From assembly GCA_964393865.1 (NCBI GenBank), contig CAYMUW010000012.1:1392-65391 (forward strand): a stretch of DNA of 64,000 nt. Direction: 5' to 3'. This document shows positions 56,225 to 64,000 of the stretch, one piece after another. The notes under the pieces are model-generated. The model ran no database searches. It worked only from the letters and a program-made list of their open reading frames with translations, and was not told the origin of the DNA. This DNA comes from an uncultured Lachnospiraceae bacterium. GTDB taxonomy: Bacteria; Bacillota; Clostridia; Lachnospirales; Lachnospiraceae. The position numbers and the translations under genes were made by a program. Numbering within the stretch: position 1 is the first letter of the stretch; each line of letters opens with the position of its first letter.

Positions 56225-57955
56225 ATGAATTCACTAGTACTTTTGCTTGTTGCCATAGCTCTGTTGCTTTGTGGTTACATCTTCTACGGTAGATGGCTCT
56301 GCAAGCAGTGGGGTGTAGGTGAGAGCAAAGAGGAAACACCGGCTCATACCATGGAGGACGGTGTGGATTATGTTCCTGCAAAGGCGCCGGTTTTAATGGG
56401 ACATCATTTTTCTTCAATAGCCGGAGCCGGACCGATCACAGGACCGATTCAGGCAGCTATTTTCGGATGGCTTCCCTGTGCGCTCTGGATTATTGTAGGA
56501 GGTATTTTCTTTGGCGGCGTACATGACTTTGGTGCATTGATTGCATCCTTACGTCACAACGGACAGTCAATCGGAGAGATTATATCCGCAAATATGAGTC
56601 GTCGGGCAAAGAGATTGTTTTTGACATTTGCTTATTTGACCCTGATTTTGGTTATTGCGGCATTTGCTTCTATCGTTGCAACTACCTTTGGTGCAACATT
56701 AGATGCAAACGGAGTGGTTGATAAGGTGGCTTCCGCATCCAATGCATCCGTTGCAATGGTATCGCTGCTCTTTATTGTGGTAGCAATCATTTTTGGATTT
56801 GCTGTATACCGCAGGAACGCACCGATGCTGGTATCGACGGTACTGGGCATTTTGGCAATTGTTATCTGTATGGCGGTAGGTATGAAGTTCCACCCGATTT
56901 ATCTGACATCAAACCAATGGATGATTTTTGTGGGAATTTATATTGCCGTTGCTTCTGTGACACCGGTTTGGATTTTGCTTCAGCCTCGTGATTACTTAAG
57001 CTCTTTCTTATTATATGTTATGTTGGCGGTTGCTGTTGTAGGCGTTATTATTGCGCATCCAGCTATGGATTCGCTTCCGGCATTTACCGGGTTTGCAGTA
57101 CCCAATGAAAAGGGCGCTGTGAAATATTTGTTCCCCGCATTATTTACGATGATTGCCTGTGGTGCCATTTCCGGTTTCCATTCATTGGTATCATCCGGTA
57201 CAACATCCAAGCAGCTGGATAAAGAAACTGATGCAAAGCCCATTGCTTACGGCGGTATGCTGCTTGAATGCGTACTTGCAATACTGACTATTTGTGCGAT
57301 CAACTATGCAACTAAGATCGGTACTGTAGCAAGTGCTACTGATAAATTTGCAGGTGGTATTGCCGGTATGGTATACAGTGTTATTGGCGGAAATATCAGT
57401 GCAGAAGCAGTCCAGTCTTCTATTCTTTACACTTTATTAGTACTTACCTATTCTGCATTTTGTCTGACTTCACTGGATACTGCCACTCGTTTGGCGCGTT
57501 TCATGTTCCAGGAATTCTGGCTTGAGCCCGGGCAGACAGCAAAGGATGTTAAAAAGGGATGGAAAAAGGTTCTTGTAAATCCTTATTTTGCTACGATCTT
57601 AACAGTTATTCTCGGTGTACTTTTAGGTCTTAACGGATATGGTAAAATCTGGGATCTGTTTGGCGCTGCGAACCAGCTTCTTGCAGGTATTGGTCTGCTG
57701 GCAGTTGCAACATGGCTTGGCAATATAGGTAAGAACAATAAGATGTTCCTGATTCCCATGGCATTCATGATCGTGGTAACCATCTGCTCACTGGCACTTA
57801 CAGTAAAGGGTCAGATTAGTGTTATTTCTGCAGGTGGTGCCGATTGGGGACCTTATGCACAGGTAATCCTTGGTGTTCTTTTGATTGTACTTGCAATTGT
57901 ACTGGTTATTGAAGGGGTTAAGACCCTTGCGGGCCAAAAGAAAAAGACAGCTTAA
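56225..57955 (+). CDS. cstA: carbon starvation protein A family transporter
   Basis: HHFSSIAGAGPITGPIQAA and GGVHDF motifs; about 16 TM segments. Confidence 0.92.
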   Translation: MNSLVLLLVAIALLLCGYIFYGRWLCKQWGVGESKEETPAHTMEDGVDYVPAKAPVLMGHHFSSIAGAGPITGPIQAAIFGWLPCALWIIVGGIFFGGVHDFGALIASLRHNGQSIGEIISANMSRRAKRLFLTFAYLTLILVIAAFASIVATTFGATLDANGVVDKVASASNASVAMVSLLFIVVAIIFGFAVYRRNAPMLVSTVLGILAIVICMAVGMKFHPIYLTSNQWMIFVGIYIAVASVTPVWILLQPRDYLSSFLLYVMLAVAVVGVIIAHPAMDSLPAFTGFAVPNEKGAVKYLFPALFTMIACGAISGFHSLVSSGTTSKQLDKETDAKPIAYGGMLLECVLAILTICAINYATKIGTVASATDKFAGGIAGMVYSVIGGNISAEAVQSSILYTLLVLTYSAFCLTSLDTATRLARFMFQEFWLEPGQTAKDVKKGWKKVLVNPYFATILTVILGVLLGLNGYGKIWDLFGAANQLLAGIGLLAVATWLGNIGKNNKMFLIPMAFMIVVTICSLALTVKGQISVISAGGADWGPYAQVILGVLLIVLAIVLVIEGVKTLAGQKKKTA

Positions 57956-58004
57956 AGCTTACATATGTTCTTTGAAAGAATTTGAATTATGAAATGATAA
58001 TAAA

Positions 58005-58042
58005 AAGAACACCGATAGACTAAAATCTATTGGTGTTCTTTT
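58005..58042. terminator. bidirectional terminator between cstA and tRNA-Ser
   Basis: AAGAACACCGATAGA-ctaaaa-TCTATTGGTGTTCTT flanked by an A-run and a T-run. Confidence 0.75.
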
Positions 58043-58050
58043 AATATAAG

Positions 58051-58136
58051 CGGAGACGGAGGGATTCGAACCCTCGTGCCCCGGAGGGCAAACGCATTTC
58101 GAGTGCGCCCCGTTATGACCGCTTCGATACGTCTCC
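58051..58136 (-). tRNA. tRNA-Ser (anticodon CGA), long variable arm, no encoded CCA
   Basis: Reverse complement: GGAGACG..GCGCA-CUCGAAA-UGCGU..variable arm UUGCCCUCCGGGGCAC..GAGGG-UUCGAAU-CCCUC-CGUCUCC-G. Confidence 0.95.
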
Positions 58137-58349
58137 GAATACTTTCCTATTATACTGTTTTCAAATTTACAAGTCAATCGTTTAATGCGAGATGTATTAT
58201 GGCGGCGGCTTGGACGGAAGGTTGAACTGCTGCAGGTATAGATGAAAATTCAGAGTAAAAGGTTGTAGATAACTTTTAAATTAGGTATAATAAAATGGTA
58301 TTTGAGTAAAAACGAAGCTTATTACATTGAAGCAAGGAGGAAAGTGAAA

Positions 58350-59423
58350 GTGAAGAGAATTGGTATGTTAACCAGCGGTGGTGACTGTCAGGCCTTAAAC
58401 GCAGCAATGAGAGGCGTAGTTAAGTGTCTTGTAAACAGCAAAGAAGATGTTGAAATTTATGGCTTTCTGGATGGGTATAAAGGCCTGATTTACGGAAATT
58501 TCCGTATGCTTACCGGCAGTGATTTTTCCGGCATTCTTACAAAGGGCGGTACTATTCTCGGAAGTTCCCGGACTCCTTTTAAGACAATTCAGGACCCCGA
58601 TGAAAACGGACTTGACAAGGTTGAGGCAATGAAACAGAATTACTACAAGCTTCGTCTGGACTGTCTGGTTATTCTGGGCGGAAACGGCACCCATAAGACG
58701 GCCAATCTTTTGAGAGAAGAGGGATTGAATGTCATTACCCTTCCCAAGACCATTGACAATGATCTGTGGGGAACGGATATGACCTTTGGTTTCCAGAGCG
58801 CAGTGAATATTGCCACGGATGCCATTGACTGCATTCATACTACGGCTGCTTCCCATGGAAGAGTATTTATTGTGGAGGTTATGGGACATAAGGTTGGCTG
58901 GCTTACTTTGAATGCCGGTATGGCAGGCGGCGCCGACATTATCTTAATTCCCGAGATTCCCTATGATATTAAGAAAGTAGTGGAGAAAATTGAGGAACGC
59001 AATAATAATGGCAGCAAATTTACCATTCTTGCTGTGGCAGAGGGAGCAATTTCCAAAGAGGATGCCAAGCTGTCCAAAAAGGAATATAAGGAAAAGATGA
59101 AGAATTATAAATTTCCTTCCGTTTCCTATGAGCTGGCACAGCAGATACAGGAAATGACAGGACATGAGGTAAGGGTTACGGTTCCCGGACATACGCAAAG
59201 AGGCGGAAGTCCCTGTCCTTACGACAGAGTTTTTGCAAGCCGTCTGGGTGCAGAGGCAGGCCGACTGATTCTGAAAGGAGAATATGGCTTTATGGTTGGC
59301 TACCGAAACCGTGAAGTAGTTAAGGTTCCTTTAGAGGAAGTTGCAGGAAAGCTGAAGATGATTTCGCCCGATGCTTCTATTGTAAAGGAAGCAAAATTAC
59401 TGGGAATTAGTTTTGGTGATTAA
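58350..59423 (+). CDS. pfkA: 6-phosphofructokinase (PFK-A family, atypical GGNG variant)
   Basis: GMLTSGGDCQALNAAMRG, PKTIDNDL, EVMGH. A GTG start at 58350 lies 9 nt after AGGAGG. The phosphoryl-donor specificity is not clear from the motifs. Confidence 0.85.
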   Translation: MKRIGMLTSGGDCQALNAAMRGVVKCLVNSKEDVEIYGFLDGYKGLIYGNFRMLTGSDFSGILTKGGTILGSSRTPFKTIQDPDENGLDKVEAMKQNYYKLRLDCLVILGGNGTHKTANLLREEGLNVITLPKTIDNDLWGTDMTFGFQSAVNIATDAIDCIHTTAASHGRVFIVEVMGHKVGWLTLNAGMAGGADIILIPEIPYDIKKVVEKIEERNNNGSKFTILAVAEGAISKEDAKLSKKEYKEKMKNYKFPSVSYELAQQIQEMTGHEVRVTVPGHTQRGGSPCPYDRVFASRLGAEAGRLILKGEYGFMVGYRNREVVKVPLEEVAGKLKMISPDASIVKEAKLLGISFGD

Positions 59424-59462
59424 CTAGGTGCGTGAACAGCACCATGGAAGGATAGATTTAAC

Positions 59463-61040
59463 ATGTCATATACAGCCCTTTACAGGAAATTCCGACCTGC
59501 TGCATTTGAAGATGTGAAGGGACAGGATCATATTGTTACAACGCTGAGAAATCAGATTAAGTCGGAGAGGATTGGCCATGCTTATCTTTTCTGTGGGACA
59601 AGAGGAACAGGAAAGACCTCCATTGCCAAAATCTTTGCAAAGGCGGTCAACTGTGAAAACCCAAGGGAAGGAAGTCCCTGTGGGGAATGTGCAATCTGCA
59701 AAGCGATTGCAGCCGGAGCCAGTATGAATGTGATTGAGATTGATGCTGCATCTAACAACGGTGTTGACAATATTCGTGAGATTGTGGATGAGGTGTCATA
59801 TTCTCCGGCGGAGGGCAAATATAAGGTTTATATTATTGATGAGGTTCATATGTTATCAATAGGAGCGTTTAATGCGCTCCTTAAAACCCTGGAGGAGCCG
59901 CCCTCCTATGTGATTTTTATTCTGGCAACCACGGAGGTACATAAGATACCTATTACCATCCTTTCCAGATGTCAGAGGTATGACTTTAAGCGAATTACCA
60001 TTGATACTATAGCTGACCGTTTGAAGGAACTGACGGCCAAAGAGCAGGTTCAGATAGAGGATAAGGCTGTCAGATATATTGCTAAGACGGCGGACGGCTC
60101 TATGAGAGATGCCTTAAGTCTTTTGGATCAGTGCATTGCCTTTCATTTCGGACAGGAGCTTACTTATGATAAGGTGCTTGATGTGCTGGGGGCAGTGGAT
60201 ACGGAGGTATTCAGCAGACTGCTTCGGATTGTTCTCGACGGAAATGTAACAGGCGCAATCGGCCTTTTGGAGGAGATTGTGATGCAGGGCCGTGAGCTGA
60301 CGCAGTTTATTGCAGATTTCACATGGTATTTGAGAAATCTCCTTTTGGTTAAGACGGCTGATGGGATTGAAGATATTATCGATGTGTCAACAGAAAATCT
60401 GGCACGCTTGAAGGAAGAGGCACAGATGGCGGACAATGACGTGATCATGCGTTATATTCGTGTGCTGTCAGAGCTGTCGGGACAGATTCGTTATGCCACC
60501 CAGAAGAGAATTTTAGTAGAAATGGGACTGATTAAGCTGTGCAGACCCGCCATGGAGACGGATACACAGTCTCTTACGGACCGGATCAGACAGATAGAAG
60601 ATAAGCTGGAGAAAGGTGTTTTTACGGCTGCACCGGTGACGGGAAACGTTATAAATGCGGCAACAGCTCAGGAACCCATCGTACAGGCGCCGCTTCCGGC
60701 TGCAATTCCGGCAGATGTGGAGCAGGCGGTAAGTAAATGGGGAGCTATTGTGGGTCAGGCGCCTATGCCCATGAAAGCGTATTTAAAGACGGCATACCCC
60801 AGCCTTGCCGGGGACGGAAGTATGCTGGTGGTGGTGGAGGATGGTCTTCCATCCGATTATTTTAAGGATGCTTCCCGGTGTAAAGAATTGGAACAAATGA
60901 TTTCCGGCTTGGCAGGGAAGGAAATTAAGGTTACAATACAAGGAGCCCAGCAGGGGCGCAATCCAAGAGATACTTACCCTGATTTGACGCAGGTGGTCAG
61001 TCAGGTAATTAATATGGAAATAGAAGAAATGGAGGACTGA
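59463..61040 (+). CDS. dnaX: DNA polymerase III subunit gamma/tau
   Basis: GTRGTGKTS Walker A, zinc module [31 protein letters not shown]. Confidence 0.95.
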   Translation: MSYTALYRKFRPAAFEDVKGQDHIVTTLRNQIKSERIGHAYLFCGTRGTGKTSIAKIFAKAVNCENPREGSPCGECAICKAIAAGASMNVIEIDAASNNGVDNIREIVDEVSYSPAEGKYKVYIIDEVHMLSIGAFNALLKTLEEPPSYVIFILATTEVHKIPITILSRCQRYDFKRITIDTIADRLKELTAKEQVQIEDKAVRYIAKTADGSMRDALSLLDQCIAFHFGQELTYDKVLDVLGAVDTEVFSRLLRIVLDGNVTGAIGLLEEIVMQGRELTQFIADFTWYLRNLLLVKTADGIEDIIDVSTENLARLKEEAQMADNDVIMRYIRVLSELSGQIRYATQKRILVEMGLIKLCRPAMETDTQSLTDRIRQIEDKLEKGVFTAAPVTGNVINAATAQEPIVQAPLPAAIPADVEQAVSKWGAIVGQAPMPMKAYLKTAYPSLAGDGSMLVVVEDGLPSDYFKDASRCKELEQMISGLAGKEIKVTIQGAQQGRNPRDTYPDLTQVVSQVINMEIEEMED

Positions 61041-61041
61041 C

Positions 61042-61392
61042 ATGGCAAAACGTGGAGGATTTCCGGGAGGTATGCCCGGCAATATGAACAATCTGATGAA
61101 GCAGGCTCAGAGAATGCAGCGCCAGATGGAGGAGAATCAAAAGGAACTGGAGACTAAGGAGTTTACTGCGAAAGCCGGTGGCGGTGCAGTTGAGGTTACT
61201 GTCACAGGTAAAAAGGAAGTAACCAAGGTAAAGCTTTCTCAGGAGGTTGTAGATCCTGATGATATCGAAATGTTAGAGGATCTGGTGATGGCAGCCACCA
61301 ATGAAGCGCTTCGCATGGCAGAGGAAGCAAGTTCAGAGGCAATGAATAAAATGGCCGGTGGTTTAGGACTGGGAGGAGGCCTTCCCTTCTAA
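61042..61392 (+). CDS. ybaB: YbaB/EbfC nucleoid-associated protein
   Basis: [26 protein letters not shown] pattern; conserved dnaX-ybaB-recR order. Confidence 0.92.
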   Translation: MAKRGGFPGGMPGNMNNLMKQAQRMQRQMEENQKELETKEFTAKAGGGAVEVTVTGKKEVTKVKLSQEVVDPDDIEMLEDLVMAATNEALRMAEEASSEAMNKMAGGLGLGGGLPF

Positions 61393-61988
61393 TGGATCTG
61401 TACAGCGGTCATATCAACAAATTAATAAACGAGTTGGCGGCGCTTCCCGGGATCGGCTCCAAGTCGGCGCAAAGGCTGGCTTTTCATTTGATTAATATGC
61501 CGAAGGACAAGGTTAACCGGCTTGCAAAGACCATTTTGGAAGCAAAGGAAAATGTCCGCTATTGCAAGGAATGTTTTACCCTGACAGACACCGATGTGTG
61601 TCCGGTTTGTGCAAATGAGAAACGTGACCATAGCACCATCATGGTTGTGGAAAATACCCGAGATCTTGCAGCGTATGAAAAAACGGGAAAGTACGAGGGT
61701 GTTTATCATGTGCTTCACGGCGCAATTTCTCCTATGCTGGGGATAGGACCTTCGGACATCCGGCTGAAAGAACTGATTGCCCGGCTTGAGGGAAATGTGT
61801 CGGAGGTGATTATTGCTACAAACTCCAGCCTGGAGGGAGAGACTACGGCCATGTACATCAGCAAGCTGATTAAGCCTACAGGGATTAAAGTGACGAGAAT
61901 TGCCAGCGGCGTACCGGTAGGAGGAGATCTTGAGTATATAGATGAGGTAACTCTTTTGCGCGCGTTGGAGGGCAGAACAGAAATATAA
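61392..61988 (+). CDS. recR: recombination protein RecR
   Basis: [16 protein letters not shown] HhH motif, zinc finger CKECFTL..CPVC, Toprim region. Confidence 0.95.
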   Translation: MDLYSGHINKLINELAALPGIGSKSAQRLAFHLINMPKDKVNRLAKTILEAKENVRYCKECFTLTDTDVCPVCANEKRDHSTIMVVENTRDLAAYEKTGKYEGVYHVLHGAISPMLGIGPSDIRLKELIARLEGNVSEVIIATNSSLEGETTAMYISKLIKPTGIKVTRIASGVPVGGDLEYIDEVTLLRALEGRTEI

Positions 61989-62014
61989 GATTTTAATTAT
62001 TAAAATATGACGGG

Positions 62015-63058
62015 GTGTATAAAATGAAAAAAGAATTATTTGGAAAGACAAGTGAAGGAAAAGAAGTTTACAGATACTGGATTGAAAATTCTAAGGGGAT
62101 GAAGGCTGGTGTCATTAATTATGGTGCGATCCTTGTGAACCTGATTGTTCCAGATCGAAACGGAAAAGCAGATGATGTGGTGCTGGGGTATGATACGTTG
62201 GAGCCTTATCTTACCAATGGAAGCTTTTTCGGAGCAACGGTAGGTCCTAATGCCAATCGTATAGGCGGAGCTACTTTTGAGATTGACGGGGTCAGATATC
62301 AGCTGGATGTCAATGACGGAGTGAACAATCTACATAGCCATATGGAAAAAGGATATCATAAATGGCTCTGGAACGTGGCTGAGGAAAAGGATGGCGTTGC
62401 CTTTTCCATTGAGGATAAGGACGGAAACATGGGATTTCCGGGGAATAAGAAAATCAGCGTAACCTATACCGTGACGGAGGATAATGAATTAAAAATCCAT
62501 TATCAGGCCAGCAGTGATAAAAACACCATTATCAACATGACAAACCATTCTTACTTTAATCTGGCCGGACATGGCAGCGGAAAGGTTTATGACCATGTGC
62601 TTACATTGAATGCATCTTCCTATACACCTATTGTACCCGGAGCGATTCCCACCGGCGAGATTGCCGATGTATCAGGAACACCCTTTGACTTCCGGTCAGG
62701 CAAGAGGGTAGGCCAGGAGATTGATGCGGATAATGAGCAGCTGAAAATGACAAAGGGTTACGATCATAACTGGGTAATTGACGGAGCCGACGGTTCTTTG
62801 CGAAAATTTGCCAGTGTTACCGAACCGGTATCGGGACGTACAATGGAAGCGTATACTGATCTGCCGGGCGTACAGTTTTACGCAGGAAACAGCATATCGG
62901 AGCATGTTGGAAAGGATGGCGTAACCTATGGGGGCAGAAGCGGTCTTTGCCTGGAAACCCAATATTATCCTGATACGGCAAATAAACCGCAGTTTCCTTC
63001 CGTAGTTTTCGGACCTGACAGGAAGTATGACAGCGTTACGATCTATAAGTTTATTTAA
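62015..63058 (+). CDS. galM: aldose 1-epimerase (galactose mutarotase)
   Basis: NNLHS, MTNHSYFNL, and a C-terminal E-containing GLCLETQ motif. An alternative start is at 62024. Confidence 0.88.
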   Translation: MYKMKKELFGKTSEGKEVYRYWIENSKGMKAGVINYGAILVNLIVPDRNGKADDVVLGYDTLEPYLTNGSFFGATVGPNANRIGGATFEIDGVRYQLDVNDGVNNLHSHMEKGYHKWLWNVAEEKDGVAFSIEDKDGNMGFPGNKKISVTYTVTEDNELKIHYQASSDKNTIINMTNHSYFNLAGHGSGKVYDHVLTLNASSYTPIVPGAIPTGEIADVSGTPFDFRSGKRVGQEIDADNEQLKMTKGYDHNWVIDGADGSLRKFASVTEPVSGRTMEAYTDLPGVQFYAGNSISEHVGKDGVTYGGRSGLCLETQYYPDTANKPQFPSVVFGPDRKYDSVTIYKFI

Positions 63059-63080
63059 GAGAAAGTAATTTGGAATATGG

Positions 63081-63109
63081 GAAGATATGAGAATGCCTCA
63101 TATCTTTTT
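63081..63109 (+). terminator. rho-independent terminator after galM
   Basis: GAAGATATGAG-aatgc-CTCATATCTT followed by TTT. Confidence 0.65.
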
Positions 63110-63208
63110 CCATATCATTTTTTGAGTATTATTTGACGACGGATAACAGACCTGTTTCCACTCCGTTTATGTTAGACTGAAAAAAATAACAAAACTGGAG
63201 GGACGGAG

Positions 63209-63826
63209 ATGAAGCTGCCGGAAATTGTGAGGCGGATCGGTCGTGCAGACGGTGAGGTCCGCGTTTATGTAGAAGACTATGTATATACATATTTGGAAGG
63301 ACTTCGAAAGAGAAAAGATATTTTACCCCTTAGGGCGGCTCTTTTCGGACATGTAATTCATAAGGATAATCTGTGTTATTATATGGTTTATGGAGCATGC
63401 TGCGTAGTAGAAGAGCTTGAATATGGTCAAAGTGAGGAACAGATCAGGGAAAGATTTTTTGAAGACCTTAATCTGATCGGATACGTTAATATCAGTAAGG
63501 ACAAGCGTATTATGGCGGAGAAAAGTAATGGCTATTTTGTTTTTTATGAGACGAATGAAGCCATGAAGAGTTATCTGCTTTACTGCTATGAGAGGGAAAA
63601 GCGAAGGAGCAATTTAAGGCAGGGAGCCGGAGAAGCGGTATCTTTCGGAAAATGCTCTTTTGCCCAAAAGAAAGAATTTCTTGTAAATGCTGTAAAACAG
63701 TTACTGTGCGTGATATGTATTCTGCTCCTTGCGACGGCTGTCACTGCAATCGGTGATTATGAGAAAATATACGGATTTGTGGAGATGACAGACAGGGCGG
63801 TGTGGCTGATGGAGGCCGGAAAGTAG
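63209..63826 (+). CDS. hypothetical protein with one C-terminal TM segment
   Basis: ORF with RBS GGAGGGACGGAG. Hydrophobic LLCVICILLLATAVTAI. No motif recognised. Confidence 0.5.
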   Translation: MKLPEIVRRIGRADGEVRVYVEDYVYTYLEGLRKRKDILPLRAALFGHVIHKDNLCYYMVYGACCVVEELEYGQSEEQIRERFFEDLNLIGYVNISKDKRIMAEKSNGYFVFYETNEAMKSYLLYCYEREKRRSNLRQGAGEAVSFGKCSFAQKKEFLVNAVKQLLCVICILLLATAVTAIGDYEKIYGFVEMTDRAVWLMEAGK

Positions 63827-63861
63827 TCATTACAGACGAGGAAAGAGGCATAGTTATCAAG

Positions 63862-64000
63862 ATGGTAAATATACGGGATTATTTAAAGGAAAGAGAAAAA
63901 AGACAGGATTCTTCAAAGAATGTGGGCTATAAAGAGAAAATCCGAAGCCATAAGCTGGCAATTTTCTACAGAATTGTTCTTGCTGTCGTACTTGTTGCCG
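63862..64000 (+). CDS. 5' part of an ORF running off the window (hypothetical membrane protein)
   Basis: My own translation: MVNIRDYLKEREKRQDSSKNVGYKEKIRSHKLAIFYRIVLAVVLVA..., open to the window end. Confidence 0.3.
   Translation, partial: MVNIRDYLKEREKRQDSSKNVGYKEKIRSHKLAIFYRIVLAVVLVA

Noticed and set aside
59463-61040. Possible programmed frameshift site in dnaX (as in E. coli tau/gamma)
   Set aside because: I found no A-AAA-AAG-type slippery heptamer followed by a stem-loop in the gene.
61422-62051. 209-aa minus-strand ORF antisense to recR
   Set aside because: recR on the + strand has all its family motifs. The antisense ORF has no RBS and no motif.
1-64000. CRISPR arrays, rRNA genes, IS elements with terminal inverted repeats
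   Set aside because: I saw no regularly spaced direct repeats, rRNA-like sequence or transposase ORF anywhere in the window.

Overview
Clostridia-type (Lachnospiraceae-like, inferred from gene content) chromosomal window, coded mostly on the + strand. There are no rRNA genes or CRISPR arrays. Positions 1-23100 form an accessory low-GC glycan-biosynthesis locus. It carries its own PAPS supply operon: cysD, fused cysN-cysC, a chromate-transporter-family permease and cysQ. These run into glycosyltransferases (DUF4422, two GT2, one of them a 1066-aa multidomain protein), two tandem sulfotransferase-like genes, an orphan protein, a GC-rich epimerase and a pyruvyl transferase. I read this as a candidate pathway for a sulfated, possibly pyruvylated, surface glycan, and it is the most interesting system in the window. 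One sulfotransferase copy is split by a G8 homopolymer, which could be a phase switch or an assembly error. Five enzymes of different catalytic classes share the same ~90-aa Rossmann-like C-terminal module. The locus is interrupted at about 14961-21857 by a decayed composite mobilisable island: relaxase, MobC, a hairpin-dense oriT candidate, VapBC, an orphan AbiEi-like gene, a truncated sigma-like gene, a defective Tn916-type integrase, a small RHH gene, an Xis-like gene and an HTH gene. The island has removed the 5' end of the pyruvyl transferase. The remaining ~41 kb is mostly core genome. It includes an OPT transporter with a PqqD-like gene, an AKR/Fe-S reductase, a PAP2 phosphatase, a Met T-box upstream of metG, ldhA, and several c-di-GMP genes (HD-GYP, two GGDEF proteins, one with a cytoplasmic sugar-binding domain). 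It also includes msmX, a PucR regulator, a Bacillus-type SRP RNA, nrdG, tadA and a MarR/flavin reductase/MATE group. Further along are nagA with a hexosaminidase remnant and a sugar ABC transporter, a NUDIX-DUF2971 pair, cstA, tRNA-Ser(CGA), pfkA, dnaX-ybaB-recR and galM. All calls come from motif and architecture recognition by eye; no database searches were run.
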